Assembly: GCA_043812495.1 (NCBI GenBank)
Contig: JBDRMG010000003.1
Span: 1 to 39,076 of the forward strand
Length of the DNA stretch: 39,076 bases
Reading direction: 5' to 3'
DNA from: Candidatus Omnitrophota bacterium
GTDB lineage: Bacteria; Omnitrophota; Gorgyraeia; Zapsychrales; JBDRMG01
Shown here: positions 1-9,258 of the stretch, in pieces
Numbering within the stretch: the stretch's first letter is position 1
Layout of the letters: every line of letters starts with the position of its first letter
Notes under the pieces: generated by a model
Told to the model about the DNA's origin: nothing
Seen by the model: only the letters and a program-made list of their open reading frames with translations
Databases searched by the model: none
Position numbers and translations under genes: made by a program

Positions 1-1
1 A

Positions 2-127
2 CAATGTAAAGAAGCTGTCGCGTCTCTTATCATCATCGACTCTACTTGCTTGTTATCAAAGAACCCTAAAGCGGCTGAAATCCTCAAGATTAAATCACAA
101 AGGTTTAAAGAACGGCTCAAAAATTAA
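2..127 (+). CDS. 3' end of an unidentified protein (partial, runs off the left edge)
   Basis: Open frame QCKEAVASLIIIDSTCLLSKNPKAAEILKIKSQRFKERLKN* ends at TAA 125-127, overlapping the convergent polX stop (shared TTAA). Confidence 0.4.
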   Translation, partial: QCKEAVASLIIIDSTCLLSKNPKAAEILKIKSQRFKERLKN

Positions 128-1824
128 CAAAGTCCTGTTAATGTATTAACGACATCATTTTTTGTCAACCATCCCCGGCGTGCGATCGACACACCGTAGG
201 TCATAAAATTCAACTGATCGCTTTCGTGCGCATCCGTGTTGATCATAAATCGCGCGCCTTGATTTTTTGCAAAGTAAACGGCGCTTGAATTCAAATCCAT
301 GCGGATCGGAAAGGCATTGATTTCCAAGAACGTATTCGTTTCGCGAGCGGCTTGGCAGACGGCCTTGAGATTGATATCGTAGGGTTCTCTTTTTCCGAAA
401 TGCGCTCCGGTCGGATGAGCAATCGCGTGAACATATTTATTCTGGCACGCCCGAATGATGCGCTTGGTTAACTTCGCGCTCGATTGCGCAAAACCGCTGT
501 GAATAGCCGCAATCACAATATCAAAGGCACTTAATATTTTATTATTGTAATCGATATTCCCGTCCGTGTCTATCTCTACTTCCGCGCCAAAGAAAACACG
601 GAAGTTTTTTAGCTTTTTATTGACCTGTTCGATCTCTTTCTTTTTTTGTTTTAAGGCTACGACCGAAAGGCCGCCCGCGATTTTTAGACTCACGGAATGG
701 TCGCTGACAGCAAGATAAGAATATCCGCGCTTCCGAGCGGCTTGAGCAAGCTGCAAAATTGTGTCGCGGCCGTCCGACCAGCGAGAATGCACATGCAAAT
801 CTCCCCGAATGTCTTTGAGCTCAATCAGCGCCAGAGGTTTTTTCAAGGAGAACATCTTTTCTTCCGCGATGTCCTCGCGCAGTTCCGGCGGCAGATAGAC
901 CATCCCCAACTTCTTAAAAATTTCTTGTTCTGTTCGACCGCCCAAGAACCTTTCTTGTGGTCCCGACACGGAAAAAAGACCGTATTCGTTGATTTTCATC
1001 TTCTTTTTGATCGCCAATTGGCGTAATTTCACATTGAAATACTTAGAGCCCGTAAAATACAAAAGCGCAGCCCCGAAGCTTTTGCCCTCAACAACGCGCA
1101 AATCCACCTGAACATTCTCCTTCGTTAAGATCGAAGATTTGGTTTCGCCTTCGGTTAAAACGCGTGCCACCTGAGGAAGACCAATAAATTTTTCCATCAC
1201 TTTTTGCTGTTTCGAGGAAAGAACGAGAATGTCGATATCGCGCACCGTTTCTTTCTGGCGACGCAAAGACCCGGCCACGGTAATTTTTTTCACTTCTTTC
1301 AGATTCTTCAGAGAATCCACGATGGCCTGCGCGATTTCCGTAGCCCAGGCGAGATTCATCCGCTCCTGGCCTTCCTTTAAGAGCTTCATTCCTTTTTTGA
1401 TATTTTCGATGGTCTTTTCTTTGATACCGGGCAGCCCCTGAAGCTTACCTCTATCGAGCGCTTTGTGGAGTCCGTCAACATCTTTGATTTTCAAGTGGTC
1501 ATAAAAAAGTTTGGCTTTTTTGGGACCGACTGATGGGATTTTGACAATATCCAGGAGAGTTTCGGGAATTTCCTGAATCAGTTTTTCGTAGGCATCAATT
1601 TCGCCGGTATCGATGTATTCGCAAATTTTTCCTTTAAGCGCTTCGCCGATGCCTTCGAGCTGATCAATACGGTTTTCTTTGCGCAAGGCCTCAATATCTT
1701 CGCTTAAACCGGACAGGATTTCGGCGGCGCGATGATAGGCGCGGACCTTAAAGACAATGTCGCCTTTGATTTCCAAAAGCGTGCCCATGTTCTCGAAAAT
1801 GTCAGCGATGGCTTTGTTTTTCAT
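124..1824 (-). CDS. polX: DNA polymerase X family / PHP domain protein (PolX)
   Basis: HhH motifs (GIGE, SVGPKKA, GIKEK), AGSLRR, catalytic DIDIL and VDLR, LLYFTGSK; C-terminal PHP with GDLHVHS, SDHS, HPTG, NTDAH. Confidence 0.95.
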   Translation of the reverse strand: MKNKAIADIFENMGTLLEIKGDIVFKVRAYHRAAEILSGLSEDIEALRKENRIDQLEGIGEALKGKICEYIDTGEIDAYEKLIQEIPETLLDIVKIPSVGPKKAKLFYDHLKIKDVDGLHKALDRGKLQGLPGIKEKTIENIKKGMKLLKEGQERMNLAWATEIAQAIVDSLKNLKEVKKITVAGSLRRQKETVRDIDILVLSSKQQKVMEKFIGLPQVARVLTEGETKSSILTKENVQVDLRVVEGKSFGAALLYFTGSKYFNVKLRQLAIKKKMKINEYGLFSVSGPQERFLGGRTEQEIFKKLGMVYLPPELREDIAEEKMFSLKKPLALIELKDIRGDLHVHSRWSDGRDTILQLAQAARKRGYSYLAVSDHSVSLKIAGGLSVVALKQKKKEIEQVNKKLKNFRVFFGAEVEIDTDGNIDYNNKILSAFDIVIAAIHSGFAQSSAKLTKRIIRACQNKYVHAIAHPTGAHFGKREPYDINLKAVCQAARETNTFLEINAFPIRMDLNSSAVYFAKNQGARFMINTDAHESDQLNFMTYGVSIARRGWLTKNDVVNTLTGLC

Positions 1825-1840
1825 AGGGATGTCTTATGAC

Positions 1841-2182
1841 TCAATTGATCGTCCATTTGACTTCGCGAAACCACTGGTGGCGCAGAAAACATTTCTGGAA
1901 TTTCAACGAACGCACGAGCTCCTGGATAAGCTCATCAATCATTCTAGGATCTGCGGATAGATAGGCCCTGTAGTTGATGATCGGCGTTGGCCGTATATAA
2001 AGCTCAAGACCACCAGAAACCTTTCGGATAGTTTCGATTTTGTCAACTGGGATAAAGGTCGCGGAATACTCCTCCTGCGGCCCTTTGAGAAATAGTTTCT
2101 CGGGGCTCAGGATAATCTGCCCTTTGATGATTTTTGTGCCTTCACGATAAGTCCCATGACCGAAGGATACATTTAAGTTCAT
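1841..2182 (-). CDS. hypothetical protein (113 aa, possibly PH-like fold)
   Basis: Fills the gap between tatD and polX on the same strand with short spacers; no recognised motif. Confidence 0.7.
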   Translation of the reverse strand: MNLNVSFGHGTYREGTKIIKGQIILSPEKLFLKGPQEEYSATFIPVDKIETIRKVSGGLELYIRPTPIINYRAYLSADPRMIDELIQELVRSLKFQKCFLRHQWFREVKWTIN

Positions 2183-2188
2183 TGCTGA

Positions 2189-2956
2189 TCAAAAATTGAA
2201 TAACTCTCTTGCATTGCGATTGAATGCTTCTGCGGCTTTCTCTTCGCTTAAATTCTTTAATCCGCAATACAACTTGAGTGTTTGAAAAACATCCTTGGGT
2301 GTCGCTTGAAAACCGCTGCCTTCGTTATCTTTGTAATACACCGGTGAATCTGTTTCGATAAGCGTCTGCTCGATGGGCGCATGTTTGATCGCTTCCTGCG
2401 CTTGCGGGCTGTAGGCCAATGACGGCGTCGCTGAAATAAAATATCCGCATTTCAAGATTGCATCCAGAATATCAACGGGACCGCTGTACCAGTGAAAGAC
2501 CGCCTTTTTGATTCCGACATCCTTAGCGATATCGAGGCAATCCTGCCAGGCCCCGCGCGAATGAATGGTCACGGGAAGATTTTTCTCTTTCGCGATTTCA
2601 AGCTGTGCGCGGTAAATGTAACGCAAGCGCTCTTTGACATCTTCTTCTTTTCGCACCCATTTGTACCAGTAATCCAGTCCGATTTCGCCGATAGCGGTTG
2701 CTTGCGAAATATTTTTCTTGATAAATTCGATTCCCTTTTCAGCTTCGTCCAAATGCGCAAATTCAGGATGAATGCCCAAAGCGCAATAGATCTTTGGTCT
2801 TTGAAGTTGAGTTTTAAGCGTGAGATTTTTCTGATTGGATGCTTGATCAACACCAACCGCCAAGACGGTTTCCACGCCCGCCTGATCGGCTTGACGGAGC
2901 GCCTCTTCAATGTTTTCGATTTGGTCTAAATGGGCGTGGGTATCGATGAGTTGCAT
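2189..2956 (-). CDS. tatD: TatD family DNase/hydrolase
   Basis: IDTHAH, GIHP, IGEIGLDY, HSR, FHWY and ETDSP motifs. Start moved to ATG 2956 (MQLIDTH); the longer ORF extension is a translated repeat element. Confidence 0.93.
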   Translation of the reverse strand: MQLIDTHAHLDQIENIEEALRQADQAGVETVLAVGVDQASNQKNLTLKTQLQRPKIYCALGIHPEFAHLDEAEKGIEFIKKNISQATAIGEIGLDYWYKWVRKEEDVKERLRYIYRAQLEIAKEKNLPVTIHSRGAWQDCLDIAKDVGIKKAVFHWYSGPVDILDAILKCGYFISATPSLAYSPQAQEAIKHAPIEQTLIETDSPVYYKDNEGSGFQATPKDVFQTLKLYCGLKNLSEEKAAEAFNRNARELFNF

Positions 2957-2965
2957 GGTTGTTAA

Positions 2966-3050
2966 CGCAGATGTGCACGGATGAAAAGATACAGATGGGC
3001 ACAAATGACATCTGTGATCATCTGTGGCTCTTCATCTGTGTTCATCTGCG
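2966..3050. repeat. Imperfect palindromic intergenic element, (C)AGAT/ATCTG-periodic family A, copy 1
   Basis: Left arm cgcagatgtgcacggatg...acagatgggcacaaatg is mirrored by catctgtgatcatctgtg...catctgtgttcatctgcg. Confidence 0.8.
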
Positions 3051-3058
3051 AAAATAAC

Positions 3059-3499
3059 TTACTTGCTTTCAATCACAAACGTCACCGGACCGTCATTAAT
3101 TAAAGCGACATCCATCATTGCGCGAAAGCGGCCGGTTTCGACGCAAATCCCCTGTTGCTTTAATTTCTCTACAAAGAGATTGTAAAATTCTTCGCCTTTT
3201 TGCGGATCAGCCGCCGCGTCAAACGAAGGCCGGCGGCCTTTGTCGCAATTGCCAAGAAGCGTAAATTGCGAAACGACCAAGGCAGCGCCATCGACCTCTT
3301 TCGCGCAGAGATTCATTTTGTCTTGTTCGTCTTCAAACATCCGAAGTTCGGCGCATTTCTTGACGCAATAGTCCAGATCTTTTTCGGTATCGTCTTTATC
3401 GACACCCAGAAGAATGACCATCCCTTTCTGGATTTGGCCGACAACCTGTGTGTCCACAGACACGGAGGCATTTTTAACTCGTTGGATAACGATTTTCAT
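3059..3499 (-). CDS. dtd: D-aminoacyl-tRNA deacylase
   Basis: MKIVIQRV start, SQFTL, KGRRPSF and NDGPVT motifs. Confidence 0.97.
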   Translation of the reverse strand: MKIVIQRVKNASVSVDTQVVGQIQKGMVILLGVDKDDTEKDLDYCVKKCAELRMFEDEQDKMNLCAKEVDGAALVVSQFTLLGNCDKGRRPSFDAAADPQKGEEFYNLFVEKLKQQGICVETGRFRAMMDVALINDGPVTFVIESK

Positions 3500-3562
3500 A
3501 AGCGTTGAATGATTCTAGTCTCAAATTATTATCTAATAATGATGTTATTTGGCAAGGATTTT

Positions 3563-4579
3563 TTAAACGAGGTTCACAGGCTGTTCACTTATAAAGCCCA
3601 TGATATTCTGAACAGTCGTATCAAGAATCCGCTGCAGGGCTTCTTTGGAATAAAATCCCGTGTGCGGGGTAAAGACAACATTCTCTCTTTGCAGAAGAAA
3701 GGCATTGCGCAAAGCGAGTTGAAGTTTCTCGGGATTGTAGAGATCTTTCTTTTTGCGCATCAAAAGCTGTTTTTCTTCAAGAATAATATCTTCGCCTTCT
3801 AATACATCCAGGCCGGCACCGGCTAAAATCCCTTGATCAAGGGCTTTGGTCAAAGCCATTGTATCGACTAAGGCTCCGCGCGCCGTATTGATCAGAATCG
3901 CGCCTTTTTTGATCAGAGGAATATTTCCTTCATGAATCATATGATGTGTTTTTTTATTATGCGGCGCATGAAGGCTGACGATATCCGATTCTTTGAGAAG
4001 TGTTTCAAAATCAACGTACCGAAATCCAAGGACTTCAGACATAAATTGATTCGGGTTAGGATCAAAGGCCAAGACATGCATGCTAAAACCCACAGCCATT
4101 TTAATGACGCGCAGGCCAATGTGCCCCGTGCCCACCACGCCGATCGTCTTGCCTTTAAGATCAAAACCGATGAGGTCCTTGATGGAAAAATCACCTTCGC
4201 TCGCCTTAAAATGCGCTTTTTTGAGATTGCGGGCTAAAGATAAGATAAGAGCAAAGGCATGTTCGGCGACGGTATTTTCTCCGTAGGTGGGAACATTCGT
4301 GACGAGAATATCTTTTTTACGCGCATGCTCCACGTCCACATGATCGAATCCTGTCGAGCGTGTCGTAATCAATTTAAGATTCGGCAAGGCATCAATCACG
4401 TTTTTGTTGATGCTTGAATTGATGAAGGGGGAAAGGATTGTGGTCTCTTTGATTTTTTCAAGGACGAGGTCGGCTGTTTCTTCAAAATCCTTGATGGTGC
4501 AGGATGGTCCAAGCGCTTTGCGTAGATATTCGCTTTCCCAAGCGTCTTCGATATCGACAAAGGAAATGACGTGTTTCAT
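3563..4579 (-). CDS. D-isomer specific 2-hydroxyacid dehydrogenase (D-lactate dehydrogenase-like)
   Basis: RSTGFDHVD, VAEHA, GTGHIG Rossmann motif, SLHAP, INTARG, GLDVLEGE, TPH. Confidence 0.92.
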   Translation of the reverse strand: MKHVISFVDIEDAWESEYLRKALGPSCTIKDFEETADLVLEKIKETTILSPFINSSINKNVIDALPNLKLITTRSTGFDHVDVEHARKKDILVTNVPTYGENTVAEHAFALILSLARNLKKAHFKASEGDFSIKDLIGFDLKGKTIGVVGTGHIGLRVIKMAVGFSMHVLAFDPNPNQFMSEVLGFRYVDFETLLKESDIVSLHAPHNKKTHHMIHEGNIPLIKKGAILINTARGALVDTMALTKALDQGILAGAGLDVLEGEDIILEEKQLLMRKKKDLYNPEKLQLALRNAFLLQRENVVFTPHTGFYSKEALQRILDTTVQNIMGFISEQPVNLV

Positions 4580-4956
4580 GCGCTTTGTTTTTCGATTTCT
4601 TCTTTGATGATTTGGTCGATGTATTTATCCGCTTCGGGCATATCGTCAAAGATGTCGATCACAGGCAGAATTTTCATCACATCCAAAACCTTCTTGATTT
4701 GAGGTTGGAGGTTAACCAAGGTTAAAGTGGCAAATTTGTTTTTTAAAGCCTTTTGGGCTCCCATGATCACGCCAATTCCGGCGCTGCTGATATAATCTAC
4801 GCCTTTCATATCGAGGATCACGGCCTTTGTTTTTTCATCAATAAGCTCATTGAGCTCTTCCTCTAATTGTTGATAGGTCTCCGAATCCAGGGAACCGCTT
4901 AGATCGACCTGATAAATGTAATCTTTCTTTTTGATCACCTTAATATCCAAAGCCAT
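4576..4956 (-). CDS. STAS domain anti-sigma factor antagonist
   Basis: LSGSLD, LDMKGVDYISSAGIGV (conserved phosphorylatable Ser); RBS AAGGAGG upstream. Confidence 0.9.
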   Translation of the reverse strand: MALDIKVIKKKDYIYQVDLSGSLDSETYQQLEEELNELIDEKTKAVILDMKGVDYISSAGIGVIMGAQKALKNKFATLTLVNLQPQIKKVLDVMKILPVIDIFDDMPEADKYIDQIIKEEIEKQSA

Positions 4957-4997
4957 ACCGTCCTCCTTTATTTTCTATTCCAGCCCTTCACAAAATT

Positions 4998-5017
4998 CCT
5001 GTCTGCCGACAGGCAGG
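4998..5017. repeat. Short REP-like palindrome CCTGTCTGCCGACAGGCAGG
   Basis: 20-bp imperfect palindrome nested inside a CAGCCCT...AGGGCTG stem (4981-5028). Confidence 0.65.
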
Positions 5018-5030
5018 CGTTCAGGGCTGC

Positions 5031-5114
5031 TGATTACACAGATTTTAGAAAGATTACACGGATTCACTCGTCGAGGCCCAATCTGTGTAATCTGATTTTT
5101 AATCAGTGTAATCA
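5031..5114. repeat. Imperfect palindromic element, family A (GATTACACAGAT type), copy 2
   Basis: tgattacacagat..agattacacggat <loop> atctgtgtaatct..atcagtgtaatca. Confidence 0.85.
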
Positions 5115-5144
5115 TAAAATATTGATTTTTATGAGGCCCTATTT

Positions 5145-5612
5145 CTATTCATTAACGTTGATATTGTAGCAGTCCAAAAGCTGCATGCGTGTATACTCCA
5201 GGCGCTGCGTAAAGACCTTAGCGAGTCTTTTGAGCAATTCATAACCGAGTTCATGGTCTTTCTCGCATTTTTCTCTTAGGCATTTTCCGTCGAGAGCAAT
5301 CGCGCGCACATCCTCGATGGCCTGACAATCAAACCGGCACAAATGCGGAGGAATCAGCCATGACCACCCAAGGATATCCCCTTCTTGAATCGTTTGAATG
5401 GTGATCGAGCGGTATCGCGCGATAGGAATGTCCACCGAGACTTTCCCGTGACGAATAAGATAAAATTTGTCGGCCGGATCCCTCTGCCTGAAAATAATGT
5501 CTTTGGCTTTAAACCGGACATTGGAGGCACAGCCTAAGATGATATCAAAATATTTCTGTTCGAGATCTTTGAAGAAAGGATGTTCTTTGAGGATAGGTTC
5601 GAGGGTTTCCAT
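5145..5612 (-). CDS. Cyclic nucleotide-binding domain protein (stand-alone, no HTH)
   Basis: IFRQRDPADKFYLIRHGKV and GDILGWSWL cNMP beta-barrel signature; 155 aa. Confidence 0.88.
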   Translation of the reverse strand: METLEPILKEHPFFKDLEQKYFDIILGCASNVRFKAKDIIFRQRDPADKFYLIRHGKVSVDIPIARYRSITIQTIQEGDILGWSWLIPPHLCRFDCQAIEDVRAIALDGKCLREKCEKDHELGYELLKRLAKVFTQRLEYTRMQLLDCYNINVNE

Positions 5613-5730
5613 ATGGACTCCTTCGCGATTGTGTGATACTTTCAGACAACAACCTTTTTACTCCGATGTGATCCTTTTGTCAACTGAATAAATAGTTCAT
5701 GACGATGCTAAAATTGCGGGGAAAATAAAC

Positions 5731-5773
5731 GAAAGGGCGGTCCGCCAATGATTCAATGGCGGACCGCCCTTTC
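5731..5773 (-). terminator. Rho-independent terminator downstream of the PPIase gene
   Basis: GAAAGGGCGGTCCGCCA...TGGCGGACCGCCCTTTC long GC stem; T-rich tail on the minus strand. Confidence 0.75.
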
Positions 5774-5797
5774 CTTCTTCACTTAAGCAACTTTATC

Positions 5798-6295
5798 TTA
5801 TTTGATATCCACGATCTTGACGTCAAACTGCAATTCCTGGCCAGCCAGAGGATGATTAAAATTCAACACAACAGTATCTTTATTGATATTCTGAATAATG
5901 GCCACAATTTTCTGGCCGTCCTTGGCTTGAAGCGGCACCATCATCCCCTGCTGCAACGTGACATCCGCCGGAAAGAACGTTCGCGGCATTTCGCGAATAG
6001 CGTTGGGATCTAGCTCTCCGTACGCTTCTTTGGCCAGAACCTTAATCGTTCGTTCATCCCCAACCTTAAGGCCTTCGAGTTGTCGTTCAAGACCGGGGAT
6101 AATCATTCCCGCTCCCTGCGTATATTCCAAAGGATCTTTCCCTTCGGACGTATCCATGACCTTGCCTTGAACAGTCAGGGTGTAATCAAACTTGACCTTT
6201 TTTCCTTTTGTTATGACAGCTTTGGCTCCTTCCGATACCGCAACGCTACTCAACAAAAAACAAAACGCAATGAATCCCAGAATCAAACGCTTCAT
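5798..6295 (-). CDS. FKBP-type peptidyl-prolyl isomerase (SlyD-like with IF domain) with signal peptide
   Basis: KVKFDYTL, IIPGLE, EAYG, NFNHPLAG motifs; N-terminal MKRLILGFIAFCFLLSSVAVSEG signal; no His-rich tail. Confidence 0.9.
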   Translation of the reverse strand: MKRLILGFIAFCFLLSSVAVSEGAKAVITKGKKVKFDYTLTVQGKVMDTSEGKDPLEYTQGAGMIIPGLERQLEGLKVGDERTIKVLAKEAYGELDPNAIREMPRTFFPADVTLQQGMMVPLQAKDGQKIVAIIQNINKDTVVLNFNHPLAGQELQFDVKIVDIK

Positions 6296-6372
6296 CACTG
6301 TACCCCTTTTAATTTTATAATTCCGATTTAAAAAAAGATGTTCTTTCTTATTTAGGATGAATGAAAGAACCT

Positions 6373-6444
6373 TGATTACATCGATTTAAGAACAGATTAC
6401 ACAGATGTGAATATCTGTGTAATCTAATGCAATCTGTTCAATCA
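6373..6444. repeat. Imperfect palindromic element, family A, copy 3
   Basis: tgattacatcgat..agattacacagat gtgaat atctgtgtaatct..atctgttcaatca. Confidence 0.82.
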
Positions 6445-6673
6445 GGGCCATTCAATCTTTTTCATCATCTATTTGTCTTGCTTTAAGTTAAGAGATATTT
6501 ATCAATCCAAATAAGAATGGCCCAAAAAAGAACCGCAAGATGGATCATCCTTAACCTTGCGGCCAAAAATTCCAAATCTTTGTTTAAGTATGAACAATTA
6601 CATCTTATTTGTCAAATATTAAGATTTATCAAAAAGTATTTTCGCAATCTTGAGAAATCATTTTGTATTAATT

Positions 6674-8185
6674 CTAAATTTTTTGCCAGGCCACAATGAC
6701 TATCCGCCAAGTATCATCCTGACCAATCAATCCCGGAGGTAAATTGCTCATAGCAGCAGGAACCTGATAGATGGCCGGATTTTGACTTCCCAAATCAAAA
6801 TAATTCGCCACGATCGATCCCATAAGATCCGTTTGTTTTTGCATAGTAATCATATTTTCGGCATAAAACATTCCCATTACATCAATCTGAGAGCCGACAC
6901 CCATAGTAATATTGTTCGGCGTCATAACGCCTAGAATATTCTGCGGAAAAGTTTTGTAGTCCGGGGTAACTAAATCCGAATTGATCAAAACATCTCCGGT
7001 TACATACACGGCGCCTTTTCCCGTATAAATAATGCTATCATTCTCTTCCGTAAAATTAAAATCACCTCCGTTAATGTAAATCTGTCCGGAAATGACCATA
7101 TTGCCATTCCCGTCCATACTGATGCTGCCATTGACGCCGCTGATGGTAAAATTTGATCCCTCTGTAATATCTGCCAGTTCATCAAGGTCGGCCTGACTGC
7201 TGACAATTAACGCATTAGCTTTAAAATAGTCTTCGAACGTCGCATAGCCTTCATAGGGATCCGAGAGGCTGGGGAATTCAATGGAATTCCCAAGATCATA
7301 GCTTGACAATACATCAGAATGAACGTTATCCGTTCCTGCCGTACCACCGAATCCATCGGTCACATAAGAACCGTCTATGGTTTCTTTGTAATTATTGTCA
7401 GTAATATTCTCCTGCCCGGCAGTTGCAGCACCGCTTAATCCCACAATACCTCTTCTGACGCGAAGCTCGGCATTTAACGTTGAGACAACTTCTCCGCCAA
7501 AAACGGTTGTCGGGCAATCAGAAACTTTCGCCGCTAAAGTGCCCGGGGCAAAAAGATAATTGTTTCCAATAATCTCAGCGCTTCCTCCCAAATCAACGGC
7601 GTAATCGGTTGAGTCCAGCCCTGTCCCTAATATGTGAACGGATCCGTTTAAATCAACATTTCCATTGATAATTTTTCCCGATTGACCGCTTCCAGCAAAA
7701 AGCGCGTTATTCCATACTGAAATATTAACTATTTTGACATAGACCCTAATCGTCTGATTTGAACCGCCATAGGATCCTGTTGATTGCACCCATATTTCAT
7801 CATCCTGTCCGCTGATATTCAAAAGTGCGACAGAATACGTCCCTCCGTTTAATGTGTTATCGTCATATCCAATGTCGTAATACTGTGAGTAATTTGGTCC
7901 TGCATTGTAGGTATTGATGGTTCCATCCGTCCAGCTTGGCGTTGAATCGATGATAAAATCTCTTTTCAAATCGTAAAAAGCTCTTTCGATTCCGGCTTCG
8001 GCAAGATAAAAGGCCATGGTTGTTCTTTTTTGTTTCTCGGCAACGCGAGATTCGCCTAAGCCGATGAGTACAAAACCAGCTCCAAAAACACCAAAAACGA
8101 CTAGCACAAGAAAGGCCATGATCAGCGTGCTTCCATTGTTATTGCTTAATCTGTCTGAGCAAATCCGTCTTTTCTTTATCATCAT
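6674..8185 (-). CDS. PilX-like minor pilin / prepilin-type protein with large Gly/Asn-rich C-terminal domain
   Basis: NNG|STLIMAFLVLVV hydrophobic N-terminus lacking Glu5, AFYLAEAGIERA (PilX N-terminal motif), C-terminal WQKI. Confidence 0.75.
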   Translation of the reverse strand: MMIKKRRICSDRLSNNNGSTLIMAFLVLVVFGVFGAGFVLIGLGESRVAEKQKRTTMAFYLAEAGIERAFYDLKRDFIIDSTPSWTDGTINTYNAGPNYSQYYDIGYDDNTLNGGTYSVALLNISGQDDEIWVQSTGSYGGSNQTIRVYVKIVNISVWNNALFAGSGQSGKIINGNVDLNGSVHILGTGLDSTDYAVDLGGSAEIIGNNYLFAPGTLAAKVSDCPTTVFGGEVVSTLNAELRVRRGIVGLSGAATAGQENITDNNYKETIDGSYVTDGFGGTAGTDNVHSDVLSSYDLGNSIEFPSLSDPYEGYATFEDYFKANALIVSSQADLDELADITEGSNFTISGVNGSISMDGNGNMVISGQIYINGGDFNFTEENDSIIYTGKGAVYVTGDVLINSDLVTPDYKTFPQNILGVMTPNNITMGVGSQIDVMGMFYAENMITMQKQTDLMGSIVANYFDLGSQNPAIYQVPAAMSNLPPGLIGQDDTWRIVIVAWQKI

Positions 8186-8186
8186 A

Positions 8187-8774
8187 TTAATTCCTTAGTT
8201 GAATTTTAAAATTCAAACTCGAATTCATTACACTTCCTTGCAAAGTACTTTTTTGAACTCCCAAAGAAACCTCTAAGATGTCAGGCGCCGTCGCTTGACG
8301 CCTGAATTGAAGCGTCTGCATGTATTGCGCAATAATCTTATTCTGGAGCCCTGACTGTCTTTGCAGTTGACTGGACCCACCTCCTGCCAAAAGATACTGA
8401 ATCGTCTGAGGAGCCCAGGTGATAATTCCGTTGTTAACTCCCCCGGCCTTTCTAAAGGTAATACTCGTGTATGTTGTGCCGTCGGCCGGAACGCTGCTAT
8501 TAAGTATTGATTCAGACGATCCGGCCTGCTGTAAATCCTGAACGATCCAGCTCTCCGCCTTTCTTAGTTCCTGAGTCAGCGTTACTTTTACTGTATCCGT
8601 TTGCCAGAAATTCGTCCCTGCCAAAAAAAGGGATGTGCAGGCCGCAAAAATTAAGGACGTAACGAGAACCACCACGGAAAGTTCAGCCAAAGAGAACGCA
8701 CCCCGATACGTCAACCAGTCACGGCCCCGTCGAACATGACGAAAGAAATTGTTTGCGATTTTTTTTTCAGCCAT
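8187..8774 (-). CDS. PilW-like prepilin-type N-terminal cleavage protein
   Basis: GA|FSLAELSVVVLV class III signal; C-terminal IQLRN; lies between PilV- and PilX-like genes. Confidence 0.75.
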   Translation of the reverse strand: MAEKKIANNFFRHVRRGRDWLTYRGAFSLAELSVVVLVTSLIFAACTSLFLAGTNFWQTDTVKVTLTQELRKAESWIVQDLQQAGSSESILNSSVPADGTTYTSITFRKAGGVNNGIITWAPQTIQYLLAGGGSSQLQRQSGLQNKIIAQYMQTLQFRRQATAPDILEVSLGVQKSTLQGSVMNSSLNFKIQLRN

Positions 8775-8783
8775 AAAGTTACT

Positions 8784-9242
8784 TTACCTTTTAGAAATCA
8801 ATGTCGCTAACATCGTTACAGAATCAAGTTCGCCGTTTCCATTCTGATCTTCCCCCTCATCAAGCACTCCATCCAAGTCGCTATCTTCGCCGATCAGACG
8901 GTTATCATCAGTGCGCCAGCTAACAACGATCTTGACTTCTAAAAGATCAGCATTCAAGGCCTTGAGGTAAATCACACCCGTTCCGTTAACTTTGCTTAAA
9001 GGAAATGTGTTTCCCAAAGCGCCGCCTTGTGCATAATCAGTCGCGATCAGATTAAATGTATGATCTCTGATTTCTTCCAGCTTGGTCTGCGCTTCGCTCA
9101 TGACAAATGTCATATTGGCAGACATTGTGGACAGCCTAGAAGACTGAATAAAAACCTGCATGAGTCCGATAATGCCCGCAATTAATAATCCTGCGGTAAA
9201 GAGCACCTCGATTAGTGTGAATCCTTTTTTTGCGCTCATCAT
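8784..9242 (-). CDS. PilV-like prepilin-type protein
   Basis: KKG|FTLIEVL canonical prepilin peptidase site; acidic DxDxDG / DxNxNG repeats near the C-terminus (possible Ca binding). Confidence 0.8.
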   Translation of the reverse strand: MMSAKKGFTLIEVLFTAGLLIAGIIGLMQVFIQSSRLSTMSANMTFVMSEAQTKLEEIRDHTFNLIATDYAQGGALGNTFPLSKVNGTGVIYLKALNADLLEVKIVVSWRTDDNRLIGEDSDLDGVLDEGEDQNGNGELDSVTMLATLISKR

Positions 9243-9258
9243 CCGTCATCCGTTGCTG

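Noticed and set aside
124..150. Possible frameshift truncating the PolX C-terminus
   Set aside because: The end is only a few residues shorter than expected, all PHP motifs are intact, and the stop overlaps a convergent gene's stop.
2957..3004. N-terminal extension MCPSVSFHPCTSALTT of TatD
   Set aside because: It is the translation of the palindromic repeat; the TatD motif begins at ATG 2956.
5145..5612. Crp/Fnr transcription factor
   Set aside because: The protein ends after the cNMP domain and C-helix, with no HTH.
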